A stretch of DNA of 24,734 nucleotides from a virus (Duplodnaviria; Caudoviricetes), in IMG/VR virus record IMGVR_UViG_3300011339_000604, positions 1 to 24,734 of that record, one strand, 5' to 3'. The notes under the pieces are model-generated. The model did not search any database. It was not told where the DNA came from and saw only the letters and a program-made list of their open reading frames with translations. This document shows, in pieces, positions 17,749-24,734 of this stretch; position 1 is the stretch's first letter, and each line of letters begins with the position of its first letter. A program made the position numbers and the translations under genes.

Positions 17749-19442
17749 TGAGACTTGTACACTACCCCCGGAGTGCAGACGTGGTCGGTATCAAGGCTCT
17801 TGCCGTCCGTTTGCATTGCATCCCGCTTAGCAGTAGCCCAGCGGAACCCGGCATCACCGCCCCACAAGTCCCAGGCTACACGCCCCGGTGAAGGGAAACC
17901 CTCTTCACCAGCGTTGAACCCTTCAGCCTTTTTGTCTACTTCGTGGCGGCTAAAGAAAGAATACATCCGGAGAATGGTGTCCTCGCTCAGGGTCTCGCCA
18001 TTGACAATCTGGTTAGCCCTTGCCAAGCCTACCCGCGTGCCTCCATCGAACCCCTCGGCTTTCCAATCCAAAGCACGTTGTGCCGCTTCCTTCATGCCGG
18101 ATGTTGGGCGTGCCTTCATCTCGTACGATCGAACTGCCGGAGCATCAAAGCCACCGGTGCTTTGTACCGGGATGGCTTCCGGGTGTAGCTGCCCGGTGTC
18201 CTCCGGCACGGCTTCAAGGCCTGCTATACGCTTTGCTTCCGCTCTATCAATGATGCCAGCCTTGTACAACCGCTCTGCACGTTCCGCTTCAGCCGCTAGG
18301 TCATCAGCCAAAGCCCGCACGGTTTCCAAGTCATATTGGACAAAGTCACCCTCTTGGGTCTCTGGGTACTCTGGCAGGAGGTCGGCGGTAATCGCATCGG
18401 CAAGGGTACGCAGGAGTGGCACCATGCCATCTTCCCATGCCGCCTGTTGGGCGCGCTCAAAGTTGTTGTAGGTAGACCGGTCAAGCCCTGCGCCAAGCCC
18501 TAAGACCATCGGGTTTATGCCCATGGCTGAACAGATACGCTCCTCCGGTACACGTCTCACAGAGTCTAGTGCAAGCTCTGAAGGCGTAAGGGATACCCTA
18601 TCCATCTTGTAGGCACCAGTCATAACAACGATACCACCGGAACCATCCCCGGTAAGGTCTTCGTGCAGCTGGCGCTTAACCTGCCGGGCATCATCCATGC
18701 TGATATCAACGGTCTGGTCTTTGGCATCAGGCCCGACGATGAGCGATGGCATAGCCCCGTTAGCCAAGAGTCCATAAGCGGTAGTAGATGCGGTGTTGTC
18801 AGTGGCTATCTCACGCAGTACAGCCATGACAGGACTTCGTCCTAAACGGATATCCTGCGGGTCTCGGTTGTAGCGGATGTGGATAATGTCGGATACCGGG
18901 ATATCAAAGGAGCGCCCGTCCGTGGTGTAGACGTAATGCGTCAAAGGGTTTGTGCCGTTACCGACAGGGCGCACCATGTCTTGCGGCAGGAACTGTAACG
19001 CGGTCACCACGCCACGCGTTGTAGATCGAATCTTTCTCAGGTACGTGTTGCCGAAGAGTTTGTAGTCTTGGATGACCCAAGACCAGAAAAGGCTACCCAT
19101 AATCATCGGATCGGGTTGAGCCATGAGCTTGATTACCGGGTGGTCTTCTACCGGCTCGGCTTGCTGGCTATCTACCGGTCGGTAGTATCTCGCGGTGGCC
19201 TGTGGGTAGTTACGAACGTACCAGTCGATGGCAGATGCCACGATGCCGTTTAGCCCAAGGTCACCGGCAATCCTAGACCAGTCTTTAGTGCTTCCAGGAA
19301 GCGCACGGCGCAAGAGTGTTTGCAGCTGACCAGAGCCGTAACCGGTTAGGTAGATGTCCCTACTCTGGCTCAGAGGCAGCGGTAGTGCTTGTGTCGGGTT
19401 GGCTGCGGCTTTACGTCCGAGGAAGCGGTCAAAGATACCCAT
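17706..19442 (-). CDS. Portal protein (HK97-like) with an extra C-terminal ~100-aa domain (start revised from 19481 to 19442)
   Basis: MGIFDRFLGRK start, then HP...L..P, LFGNTY, IIHIR, G.SP, NGAMPSLI and STYNNFE portal motifs. Follows TerL. Confidence 0.92.
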   Translation of the reverse strand: MGIFDRFLGRKAAANPTQALPLPLSQSRDIYLTGYGSGQLQTLLRRALPGSTKDWSRIAGDLGLNGIVASAIDWYVRNYPQATARYYRPVDSQQAEPVEDHPVIKLMAQPDPMIMGSLFWSWVIQDYKLFGNTYLRKIRSTTRGVVTALQFLPQDMVRPVGNGTNPLTHYVYTTDGRSFDIPVSDIIHIRYNRDPQDIRLGRSPVMAVLREIATDNTASTTAYGLLANGAMPSLIVGPDAKDQTVDISMDDARQVKRQLHEDLTGDGSGGIVVMTGAYKMDRVSLTPSELALDSVRRVPEERICSAMGINPMVLGLGAGLDRSTYNNFERAQQAAWEDGMVPLLRTLADAITADLLPEYPETQEGDFVQYDLETVRALADDLAAEAERAERLYKAGIIDRAEAKRIAGLEAVPEDTGQLHPEAIPVQSTGGFDAPAVRSYEMKARPTSGMKEAAQRALDWKAEGFDGGTRVGLARANQIVNGETLSEDTILRMYSFFSRHEVDKKAEGFNAGEEGFPSPGRVAWDLWGGDAGFRWATAKRDAMQTDGKSLDTDHVCTPGVVYKSHPFYGYELEPLPNE

Positions 19443-19448
19443 GCGCTT

Positions 19449-19459
19449 AGTATCCCACA
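19449..19459 (-). promoter_or_regulatory. Putative leaderless late promoter TGTGGGATACT
   Basis: TGTGGGATACT-AAGCGC-ATG. Confidence 0.75.
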
Positions 19460-19465
19460 GAGAAC

Positions 19466-20647
19466 CTAAACCGCTCCCCAACCCTTACGCTGTCCGATCA
19501 CCTGCCAAGCGTAAGCCATCGCGTCCACCACGTCATCATGCCTGCCAACCGGGAAGGATAGCAACTCATCTTGCCAATAAGGTGGCAAGCCGTCAACGTG
19601 TACCACCTGCCCTTGCTCGTACCGGGCTTCCAGTGGCCCAAAGCGGGTCACTTTGTCACGGTCTGGTCTGATGCCCCGTATCGGTAACTTCGTACGCCTC
19701 ATGAGTTCTTGAACAACAGCCGCCTGATACTGCACCTGTTCAATGCCAATCATAACCGGATGCCACTTCTCAGCCATCGCCTCAATGAAGCGCAGGACGG
19801 AAGCAAAGTCAGCGCGGGTACGGTTGACATCCAATACGTAGATCGTGCCATCCTCACCACGGCTCAAAGCAACCACGGCGGTGTAGTCGGCTTCCGCCTT
19901 GGTCGATATAGCAAGGTCAACACCAAGGTAGACCGGCAACCCTTCAGGCGCCTCGCCAAACCTTAGCCACTCCCGCTTGATACGAGCGCCCGCGGCATCA
20001 ACGAACTCCGCCAAGTACTCTTGCCTAAACGCGATGCTCGGCAGTGACTCCCCAGCTTTGGCTACTTCCTCCGGATCAATCCAAGGGTTAGCCGTGGTTG
20101 GCATCTGCCATGACATCCAATCCGGATCTACAGCCGCCATGGCGTGTAGGGTTTTGAAGTAGTTGCTACCCTTGGGAGTGCTCAAGAAGAAAGCATCTCC
20201 ACGGTAGTCGGTTAGTGTTGGTCGAATAGCCTCCGTCCAGGCTTGCTCCAGATGCCTTGCCATTGCCGCCTCATCGATGATGACCCGCTTGTACTTTCGA
20301 CCACGGGCTACGGTTGACGGGTCATCCAAAGTCCAGTAATCGATTGCTGCCCCGGTTATCAACTCGATGCGCGGTGCAGGTGTCTGCACAGCTCGCCGAA
20401 TCACAGGAGCGTAAATCCTTTTATGGTCGTTGTACGCTTCCTCTAGCAACCGGTAGGTAGGTGCAAACCAAGCGCAGGGCAGACCGTCACGCAGTACCGG
20501 ATCCGATAGCAGGTTTCCGCCAAGGGTTGTTTTTCCGAATCTTCGACCTACTCAGCCACAGGCAAGGACGTTGAATCGCCTTGCCTGTGCCATTATCACC
20601 TGCTGTGCTTCATGTGGTCGAGGTAAGACCAATCGTATGTCTGGCAT
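19466..20647 (-). CDS. terL: Terminase large subunit with an in-frame TGA at codon 32 (20554-20552) inside a 9-nt insert in the Walker A region
   Basis: ATG 20647 overlaps the TerS stop (TAATG). Reads MPDIRLVLPRPHEAQQ...FNVLACG*VGRRFGKTT...WFAPTY, in frame with the 327-aa ORF that carries Walker B IIDEAA, LSTPKG, GVDLA and HDDVVDA. Confidence 0.9.
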
Positions 20648-20997
20648 TATGGTTTGTCAGCGTACTCCACGATGACCTTGACCGGGCTACCGTCTGCCCC
20701 GGTCTGCTCTACCCGGCTAGACCACTCTGCTTTGTGCTTCCGTTCAAGCCACCATGCAGCCGCCTGCCATGTGGTGTCAGCTGCTTTTTGAATGATGGCA
20801 ACGTTGCGTACCTCGGCATCAGACTCAGCCTTTTTTACAGCCTCCGCAAATTCCGACTTATCAGCAAGCCAGTTTGCGAATGTGTCTTCTGAGATACCAG
20901 CGTATCCACAAGCGGCTCTGCGTGTATTGCCTGCTCTGAGTGCTTGTGTAATACGTGTTGTTGTTTCTTCGCCGTACTTTGTAGGTCTACCTGCCAT
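20647..20997 (-). CDS. terS: Terminase small subunit
   Basis: GRPTKY start, HTH (ACGYAGISEDTFANW), WQAAAWWLER and EQTGADGSPV tail. Directly upstream of TerL. Confidence 0.85.
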   Translation of the reverse strand: MAGRPTKYGEETTTRITQALRAGNTRRAACGYAGISEDTFANWLADKSEFAEAVKKAESDAEVRNVAIIQKAADTTWQAAAWWLERKHKAEWSSRVEQTGADGSPVKVIVEYADKP

Positions 20998-22204
20998 CTA
21001 GTACCGCCTTCTTGCCTGTCGCGTTTTCCCATCGCTGAATGATTACATCGCAGTACTTGGGGCTGATTTCCATCCCGTAGCAATTGCGCCCCAACTGCTC
21101 TGCTGCAATGAGGGTTGTCCCTGAACCAAGGAATGGATCGTAGACTGAATCACTATCATGGTTGCGCTGAGGTATTGCCATACATTCAAGTGGCTTTTGT
21201 GTACTATGACCAGTTTCACTTTTCATAGGTTTGTCGATTTGCCACAATGTTGTTTGAGACCTATCACCTATAAATTTCGATGTTTTTCCATGACGGTAAA
21301 CATACCAGCATGGTTCATGTTTATGATGATAATGCCCCCTCGAAATGGAAAAGTTACTTTTAGCCCAAACGATTAAGTTCCTTAGTTCAAAACCAGCTGC
21401 TTGTAAGTTACTTGCAACCGTTGGTGATTTAGAATCGGCATGCCAAACGTAAGCAACATCGCCTGGAAATAGTTTCCACGTTTCCGTCCAGTCTGCTTTA
21501 TCATCGTTCGTTACCAACCCTACGGCGCGTTCGCCGTAGGGTTTCCCGTTTTGCCTATCCATTTCGTTTCGCCAGTTAGGGTCGTATTCAACGCCATACG
21601 GTGGGTCGGTGACCATTAGAAATGGAATAGCACCATCCATCAACCGCTCAACATCATCTGCCTTGGTGCTGTCTCCGCAGAGCAATCGATGGTTACCAAG
21701 AATCCAAAGGTCTCCCGGCTTACATCGTGTCTCAACTTCCTCTGGTACTTCATCCGGATCGGTTAGCAGTTCTTCCGGTTCACCTGTCCCGGTCAAGGAA
21801 TCAATAAGCGCATCAAGGTCAACTGCCGAGTATCCAGTACCATCCAAGCCGATAGGCGTATTAGCAAGCTCGGCTAAGATGTCGGTAATCTTGGTCGTGT
21901 CATCCTGCCCGATACGGGTAGTACGGTTATCGACTACAAGAATCCGCAGCTCTTCTTCAGGTGTAACGTCAATCCACTGCACGGGTACGGTTTCCCATCC
22001 TAGCGCCTTGGCAGCCATTACCCGGTGATTTCCCGCTAGGATGTGCTTAGTGGTCAGGTTAGCCACCACAGAGCCGTACCAGCCGTTTACTGCTAGAGAC
22101 TTCTTGATGGCTTCAACGTCTCCATGGTTGGCGTTGCGTGGGTGGTGCTTGAGCAGGTCAATAGCGACCTGCTCAATCCCCTTGTTGATTACTCTACTTG
22201 CCAT
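20987..22204 (-). CDS. ParB/Srx N-terminal domain fused to an N6-adenine/N4-cytosine DNA methyltransferase (beta class)
   Basis: LKHHPRNA...ILAGNHRVMAA...DNR (ParB-N), HRLLCGDS, TDPPY, HSTQKP and DPFLGSGTT motifs. Confidence 0.92.
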   Translation of the reverse strand: MASRVINKGIEQVAIDLLKHHPRNANHGDVEAIKKSLAVNGWYGSVVANLTTKHILAGNHRVMAAKALGWETVPVQWIDVTPEEELRILVVDNRTTRIGQDDTTKITDILAELANTPIGLDGTGYSAVDLDALIDSLTGTGEPEELLTDPDEVPEEVETRCKPGDLWILGNHRLLCGDSTKADDVERLMDGAIPFLMVTDPPYGVEYDPNWRNEMDRQNGKPYGERAVGLVTNDDKADWTETWKLFPGDVAYVWHADSKSPTVASNLQAAGFELRNLIVWAKSNFSISRGHYHHKHEPCWYVYRHGKTSKFIGDRSQTTLWQIDKPMKSETGHSTQKPLECMAIPQRNHDSDSVYDPFLGSGTTLIAAEQLGRNCYGMEISPKYCDVIIQRWENATGKKAVLDGR

Positions 22205-22385
22205 TCCAGCCTGCCTCGATTTTCTCTTGTGTGATTTTGATGACGGCTGCTCTCATTCGTTCCTCGCTGATGCCGTGAGCCTTAGCCCGTTTTTTGACAT
22301 CGTTGTACAACCACTTTGTGTACATCTCGTTATATACCGCCAAGCATCCCGCACCAAGCAGGACACCGAGTGCAAAGAGAATCAT
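22194..22385 (-). CDS. Small membrane-anchored hypothetical protein (start probably 22385)
   Basis: Hydrophobic N-terminus MILFALGVLLGAGCLAVY. ATGA overlap with the upstream stop. Confidence 0.6.
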   Translation of the reverse strand: MILFALGVLLGAGCLAVYNEMYTKWLYNDVKKRAKAHGISEERMRAAVIKITQEKIEAGWNGK

Positions 22386-22654
22386 TGTGCTATCTCCCAA
22401 TCAGTTGCTAGTGTTTCTGCCATGCCGCGTTGTATATGAAATGCTGGCGTAACATTGATTCCAATACGGTCAAAAGCCAAATAGAGTGTTTTTAGATCGT
22501 CGCTAGAGTTTATAAACTCGTGTACTCCGTATCCGTCTTTTCCTGCATCTACCTTGGATAATGAAATCCAAAGGTGTCCGGCATGAACATCCCATGTTTG
22601 CCGTCTAACTTTATGACCTTTACGCATTGCCCTTACGGCTTGTGTCCATGTCAC
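22382..22654 (-). CDS. DUF2829 / Tad2-like protein
   Basis: MTWTQAVRAMRKGHKVRRQTW...TLATDWEI matches the F.EAL..LK.G..V.R.GW...DVLA.DW family pattern. Confidence 0.65.
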   Translation of the reverse strand: MTWTQAVRAMRKGHKVRRQTWDVHAGHLWISLSKVDAGKDGYGVHEFINSSDDLKTLYLAFDRIGINVTPAFHIQRGMAETLATDWEIAQ

Positions 22655-22890
22655 TTGGCTACCTCCCCGGTACGCGGGTCAAGATTGACTACCGCCCAAT
22701 CATTGGCAAACAAATCACCAGGTGATAGGGTCAACTCTTCCATCTGCCGTACCGCTTGCCCGGTTGTGTGTACCTCGAAAGCGTTCCAGAGTTCCGAGTA
22801 CCGCAGGAATACCGAACCTCCCCATTCCTGCCGCCATACGGCATTGCCGCCACCAGCCATCAAGGCTTGAATCACTTCACCAAATCTCAT
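22651..22890 (-). CDS. DUF2829 / Tad2-like protein
   Basis: MRFGEVIQALMAG...VWRQEWGGSVFL...LSPGDLFANDWAVV. Confidence 0.75.
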   Translation of the reverse strand: MRFGEVIQALMAGGGNAVWRQEWGGSVFLRYSELWNAFEVHTTGQAVRQMEELTLSPGDLFANDWAVVNLDPRTGEVAK

Positions 22891-23516
22891 CCCAGTACCC
22901 CTATTGTGATCGGAAGATGTTCAACCATCAAAGCCTTGATGGACTCTGCTATCTGCCTATGTTCCAGCTGCGTATCTTCCTGCGTTCTAAGTTGCACGTA
23001 ATGAATCCAAGACCGTATCGTGCCGCTCATATACATCGTGGTTGGACAGCAAAGCGGTAGAACCATCCTTGCCGTCTCCGCAGCGATACCGGCTTTGATA
23101 AGTTTGTTATATGTCCAATAACTACGAGAGACAGACATTTCAGCGTCTAAAATGACTCCTTGCATTTCTGCATCTAAATCATCCCGTTCTGGCATGAGTT
23201 GTGAGCTTTGTCGGTTAGTTGTACCAGCAAGCCTCATCTGCCCCAGAATGGGGAAGTCGTGAACCTCTGCGTACCGCTGGCTAAACTCTTGGAAACTGAA
23301 GGAACGATGCCTAAGAATCTGCGGAGCGATAGCACGGCTTGTCTTTATCTCAACGCACATAGAAGCCATCTCAAAGATTGACCAGTGACCATGCTTGATG
23401 CAGTAAGCAAGCAACCGGGCTACGTCTGGGTTATCTTGGTTGGCAGGGTTGGACACCCTAGCGCAATAACCGATGACCTGCTCCGCTTCCGGTGTAATCC
23501 AAATAAGCTTTGTCAT
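22887..23516 (-). CDS. thyX: Flavin-dependent thymidylate synthase
   Basis: ThyX signature QILRHRSFSFQEFSQRY, plus HGHWSIFE, ETARMVLP and TQLEHR. Confidence 0.95.
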   Translation of the reverse strand: MTKLIWITPEAEQVIGYCARVSNPANQDNPDVARLLAYCIKHGHWSIFEMASMCVEIKTSRAIAPQILRHRSFSFQEFSQRYAEVHDFPILGQMRLAGTTNRQSSQLMPERDDLDAEMQGVILDAEMSVSRSYWTYNKLIKAGIAAETARMVLPLCCPTTMYMSGTIRSWIHYVQLRTQEDTQLEHRQIAESIKALMVEHLPITIGVLG

Positions 23517-23929
23517 GGCTGGTATATCTCCCAGTCCATCGCCAAGACATCAGGGCTACCGAATGAAGCCACTCGGCTGTATCGTCGATTCCCTGCACCA
23601 TCCAAAGCGTAAAGGCATATCTTGCCATCGATGAGTTCTACGAACCAGCGGGCATCCCTGCGCCTTACCATCTGTCCGGCTCTGAGGCGCTCAAGGGCAG
23701 CTGAAAAGGAGCCACCGGCTAAAGTCATCCGCTTGGCTTCAATCTCGCGCTGTTCTTCCATAGATCGTTCCCGCACCCAGTTCTTTAGTGTGGTGTATGT
23801 GTAGCCGAGCATCTTGGATGCTTCCCGCTGGGATACGCCTTGCGCCTGGAGTTCATCAAACTTCTCCAGCATAATCTTCCGCTTGGCTAGGTTGTATGTA
23901 AGGCTTTCGCTTGGTCTACCTGCTGCCAT
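23513..23929 (-). CDS. HTH domain fused to a DUF2829/Tad2-like domain
   Basis: GVSQREASKMLGYTYTTLKNWVR (HTH), then SFSAALERLRAGQMVRR...SPDVLAMDWEIY. Confidence 0.7.
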   Translation of the reverse strand: MAAGRPSESLTYNLAKRKIMLEKFDELQAQGVSQREASKMLGYTYTTLKNWVRERSMEEQREIEAKRMTLAGGSFSAALERLRAGQMVRRRDARWFVELIDGKICLYALDGAGNRRYSRVASFGSPDVLAMDWEIYQP

Positions 23930-24149
23930 TGATTTCCTCGGCTTCCTTGGCTATGCGATCCGCAAAGGCTACATCCTTGGTGGCGGCATAAGCCATGTAC
24001 CAGAGCGCCTTGATGGCATCGTCTGTAGCTGTTCCTTTGTGCGGGCAACGTTGCAAGTACTTGATGACGTTCCCTGTTACAAAGTCCAACCCCCAGTCAT
24101 CGATGACGCTGAGGGCTTGAATCTTGGTTGTCCGGTAATGACCGGTCAT
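23916..24149 (-). CDS. DUF3310 (T7 gp1.7 / SaV-like) protein
   Basis: HY...IQALSVI...F.TGNVIKYL.R..HKG...DAIKALWY motif. Confidence 0.85.
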   Translation of the reverse strand: MTGHYRTTKIQALSVIDDWGLDFVTGNVIKYLQRCPHKGTATDDAIKALWYMAYAATKDVAFADRIAKEAEEINGSR

Positions 24150-24487
24150 ACGGCAACCGCTACGGTTTGTTTATGCATCATGCGGTCAATGTTGTAGCTC
24201 ACTGCCCAGATGTCAGCAAGCACGTCTGCCACCTTGAGGTTGCCAATCCAGAAAGGATTCTGAATACACTCACCGAACCAAGAGTTGCAGTCAAAGATTC
24301 CGGTGTCTTCGCCGGTCATAGCAACCATCAGGTGAAGGTCACCCTTAGTCAAGTGAATCTCGCTATGGTCGCTTGATACCTGAATCTGCAGCGGGCAATC
24401 GATAACGCCGAACGGCTCAACCCGGTTGATGGTCTGCTGTGCGAGGTCGGTTATAACCTCGGCTAAAGTCTTTGTTGTTTCTGTCAT
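24146..24487 (-). CDS. Hypothetical protein
   Basis: GGGAG RBS and an ATGA overlap with the next gene. Confidence 0.7.
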   Translation of the reverse strand: MTETTKTLAEVITDLAQQTINRVEPFGVIDCPLQIQVSSDHSEIHLTKGDLHLMVAMTGEDTGIFDCNSWFGECIQNPFWIGNLKVADVLADIWAVSYNIDRMMHKQTVAVAV

Positions 24488-24505
24488 CTTTTATCTCCCA
24501 AAGTT

Positions 24506-24530
24506 AGGGGCAAGTTACCCTGCCCCTTTT
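24506..24530. terminator. Intergenic GC-rich hairpin (possible terminator or mRNA-stabilising stem)
   Basis: AGGGGCA/TGCCCCT stem with a short T run on the + strand and a weak U tract on the - strand. Confidence 0.45.
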
Positions 24531-24543
24531 AGTGTTCCCTCGT

Positions 24544-24726
24544 TTAGTCGTCTCTAAACCGCTCATACGGGTCAGATTCACCAAACTTTCTATGAGCTGC
24601 CAACTTGGCTTCGGTTAGAGTCTTACCGTGCTTTGACATAAGCCACTTCACGTATAGCACCTTTCGTTTTGTGATAGGCACCGACTCATCATTGAAGCTT
24701 ACGAAAGGTTTTCTTTCATTCGGCAT
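24544..24726 (-). CDS. Hypothetical protein (60 aa)
   Basis: Same strand as its neighbours and fills the gap. Upstream context is cut by the window edge. Confidence 0.55.
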   Translation of the reverse strand: MPNERKPFVSFNDESVPITKRKVLYVKWLMSKHGKTLTEAKLAAHRKFGESDPYERFRDD

Positions 24727-24734
24727 CGAACGGA

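Noticed and set aside
19466-20449. TerL starting at TTG 20449, or terL as a pseudogene
   Set aside because: That start would omit the Q motif and Walker A, which are present upstream in frame. All other motifs and neighbouring genes look intact. A pseudogene is less likely but not excluded.
20552-20554. Genome-wide UGA reassignment (code 4 or 25) as the explanation for the TerL stop
   Set aside because: Long Trp- and Gly-rich ORFs are unbroken in code 11, and many genes end in TGA with ATGA overlaps.
20546-20554. Self-splicing intron or intein in terL
   Set aside because: Nine nucleotides is far too short, although it could be the remnant of a lost element.
1-24734. CRISPR array, tRNA, integrase/att site, DGR repeats
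   Set aside because: None seen by eye: no regularly spaced repeats, cloverleaf, recombinase or reverse transcriptase ORF. Dedicated scans were not run.

Overview
This window is part of a tailed dsDNA phage genome (siphovirus-like, HK97-fold capsid, roughly 50-55% GC). Positions 1-1163 (+) hold the end of a Mu Gam-like gene and an HTH/coiled-coil gene, followed by a terminator. Everything else is on the minus strand. Read right to left, it runs: accessory genes (DUF3310, HTH-Tad2-like fusion, thyX, two more Tad2/DUF2829-like genes), a ParB-DNA methyltransferase, TerS, TerL, portal, MuF-like head protein, prohead protease, major capsid, head-tail connectors, an inserted holin-like/beta-helix appendage cassette, tail genes and a CHAP endolysin. 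The main signal is translational recoding that the ORF track misses. (1) TerL begins at 20647, and its Walker A motif is split by an in-frame 9-nt insert (GGC-UGA-GUA-GGU) right behind an 11-bp hairpin, which fits programmed ribosomal bypassing. (2) The portal gene ends in a C CCU UUU heptamer, a 6-nt spacer and a long hairpin, which would give a portal-MuF fusion by -1 frameshift. (3) The classical tail-chaperone -1 frameshift is also present. An exact TGTGGGATACT motif occurs four times, three of them 6 nt before an ATG, suggesting leaderless late promoters. Product calls rest on recalled motifs and synteny; no database search was run.
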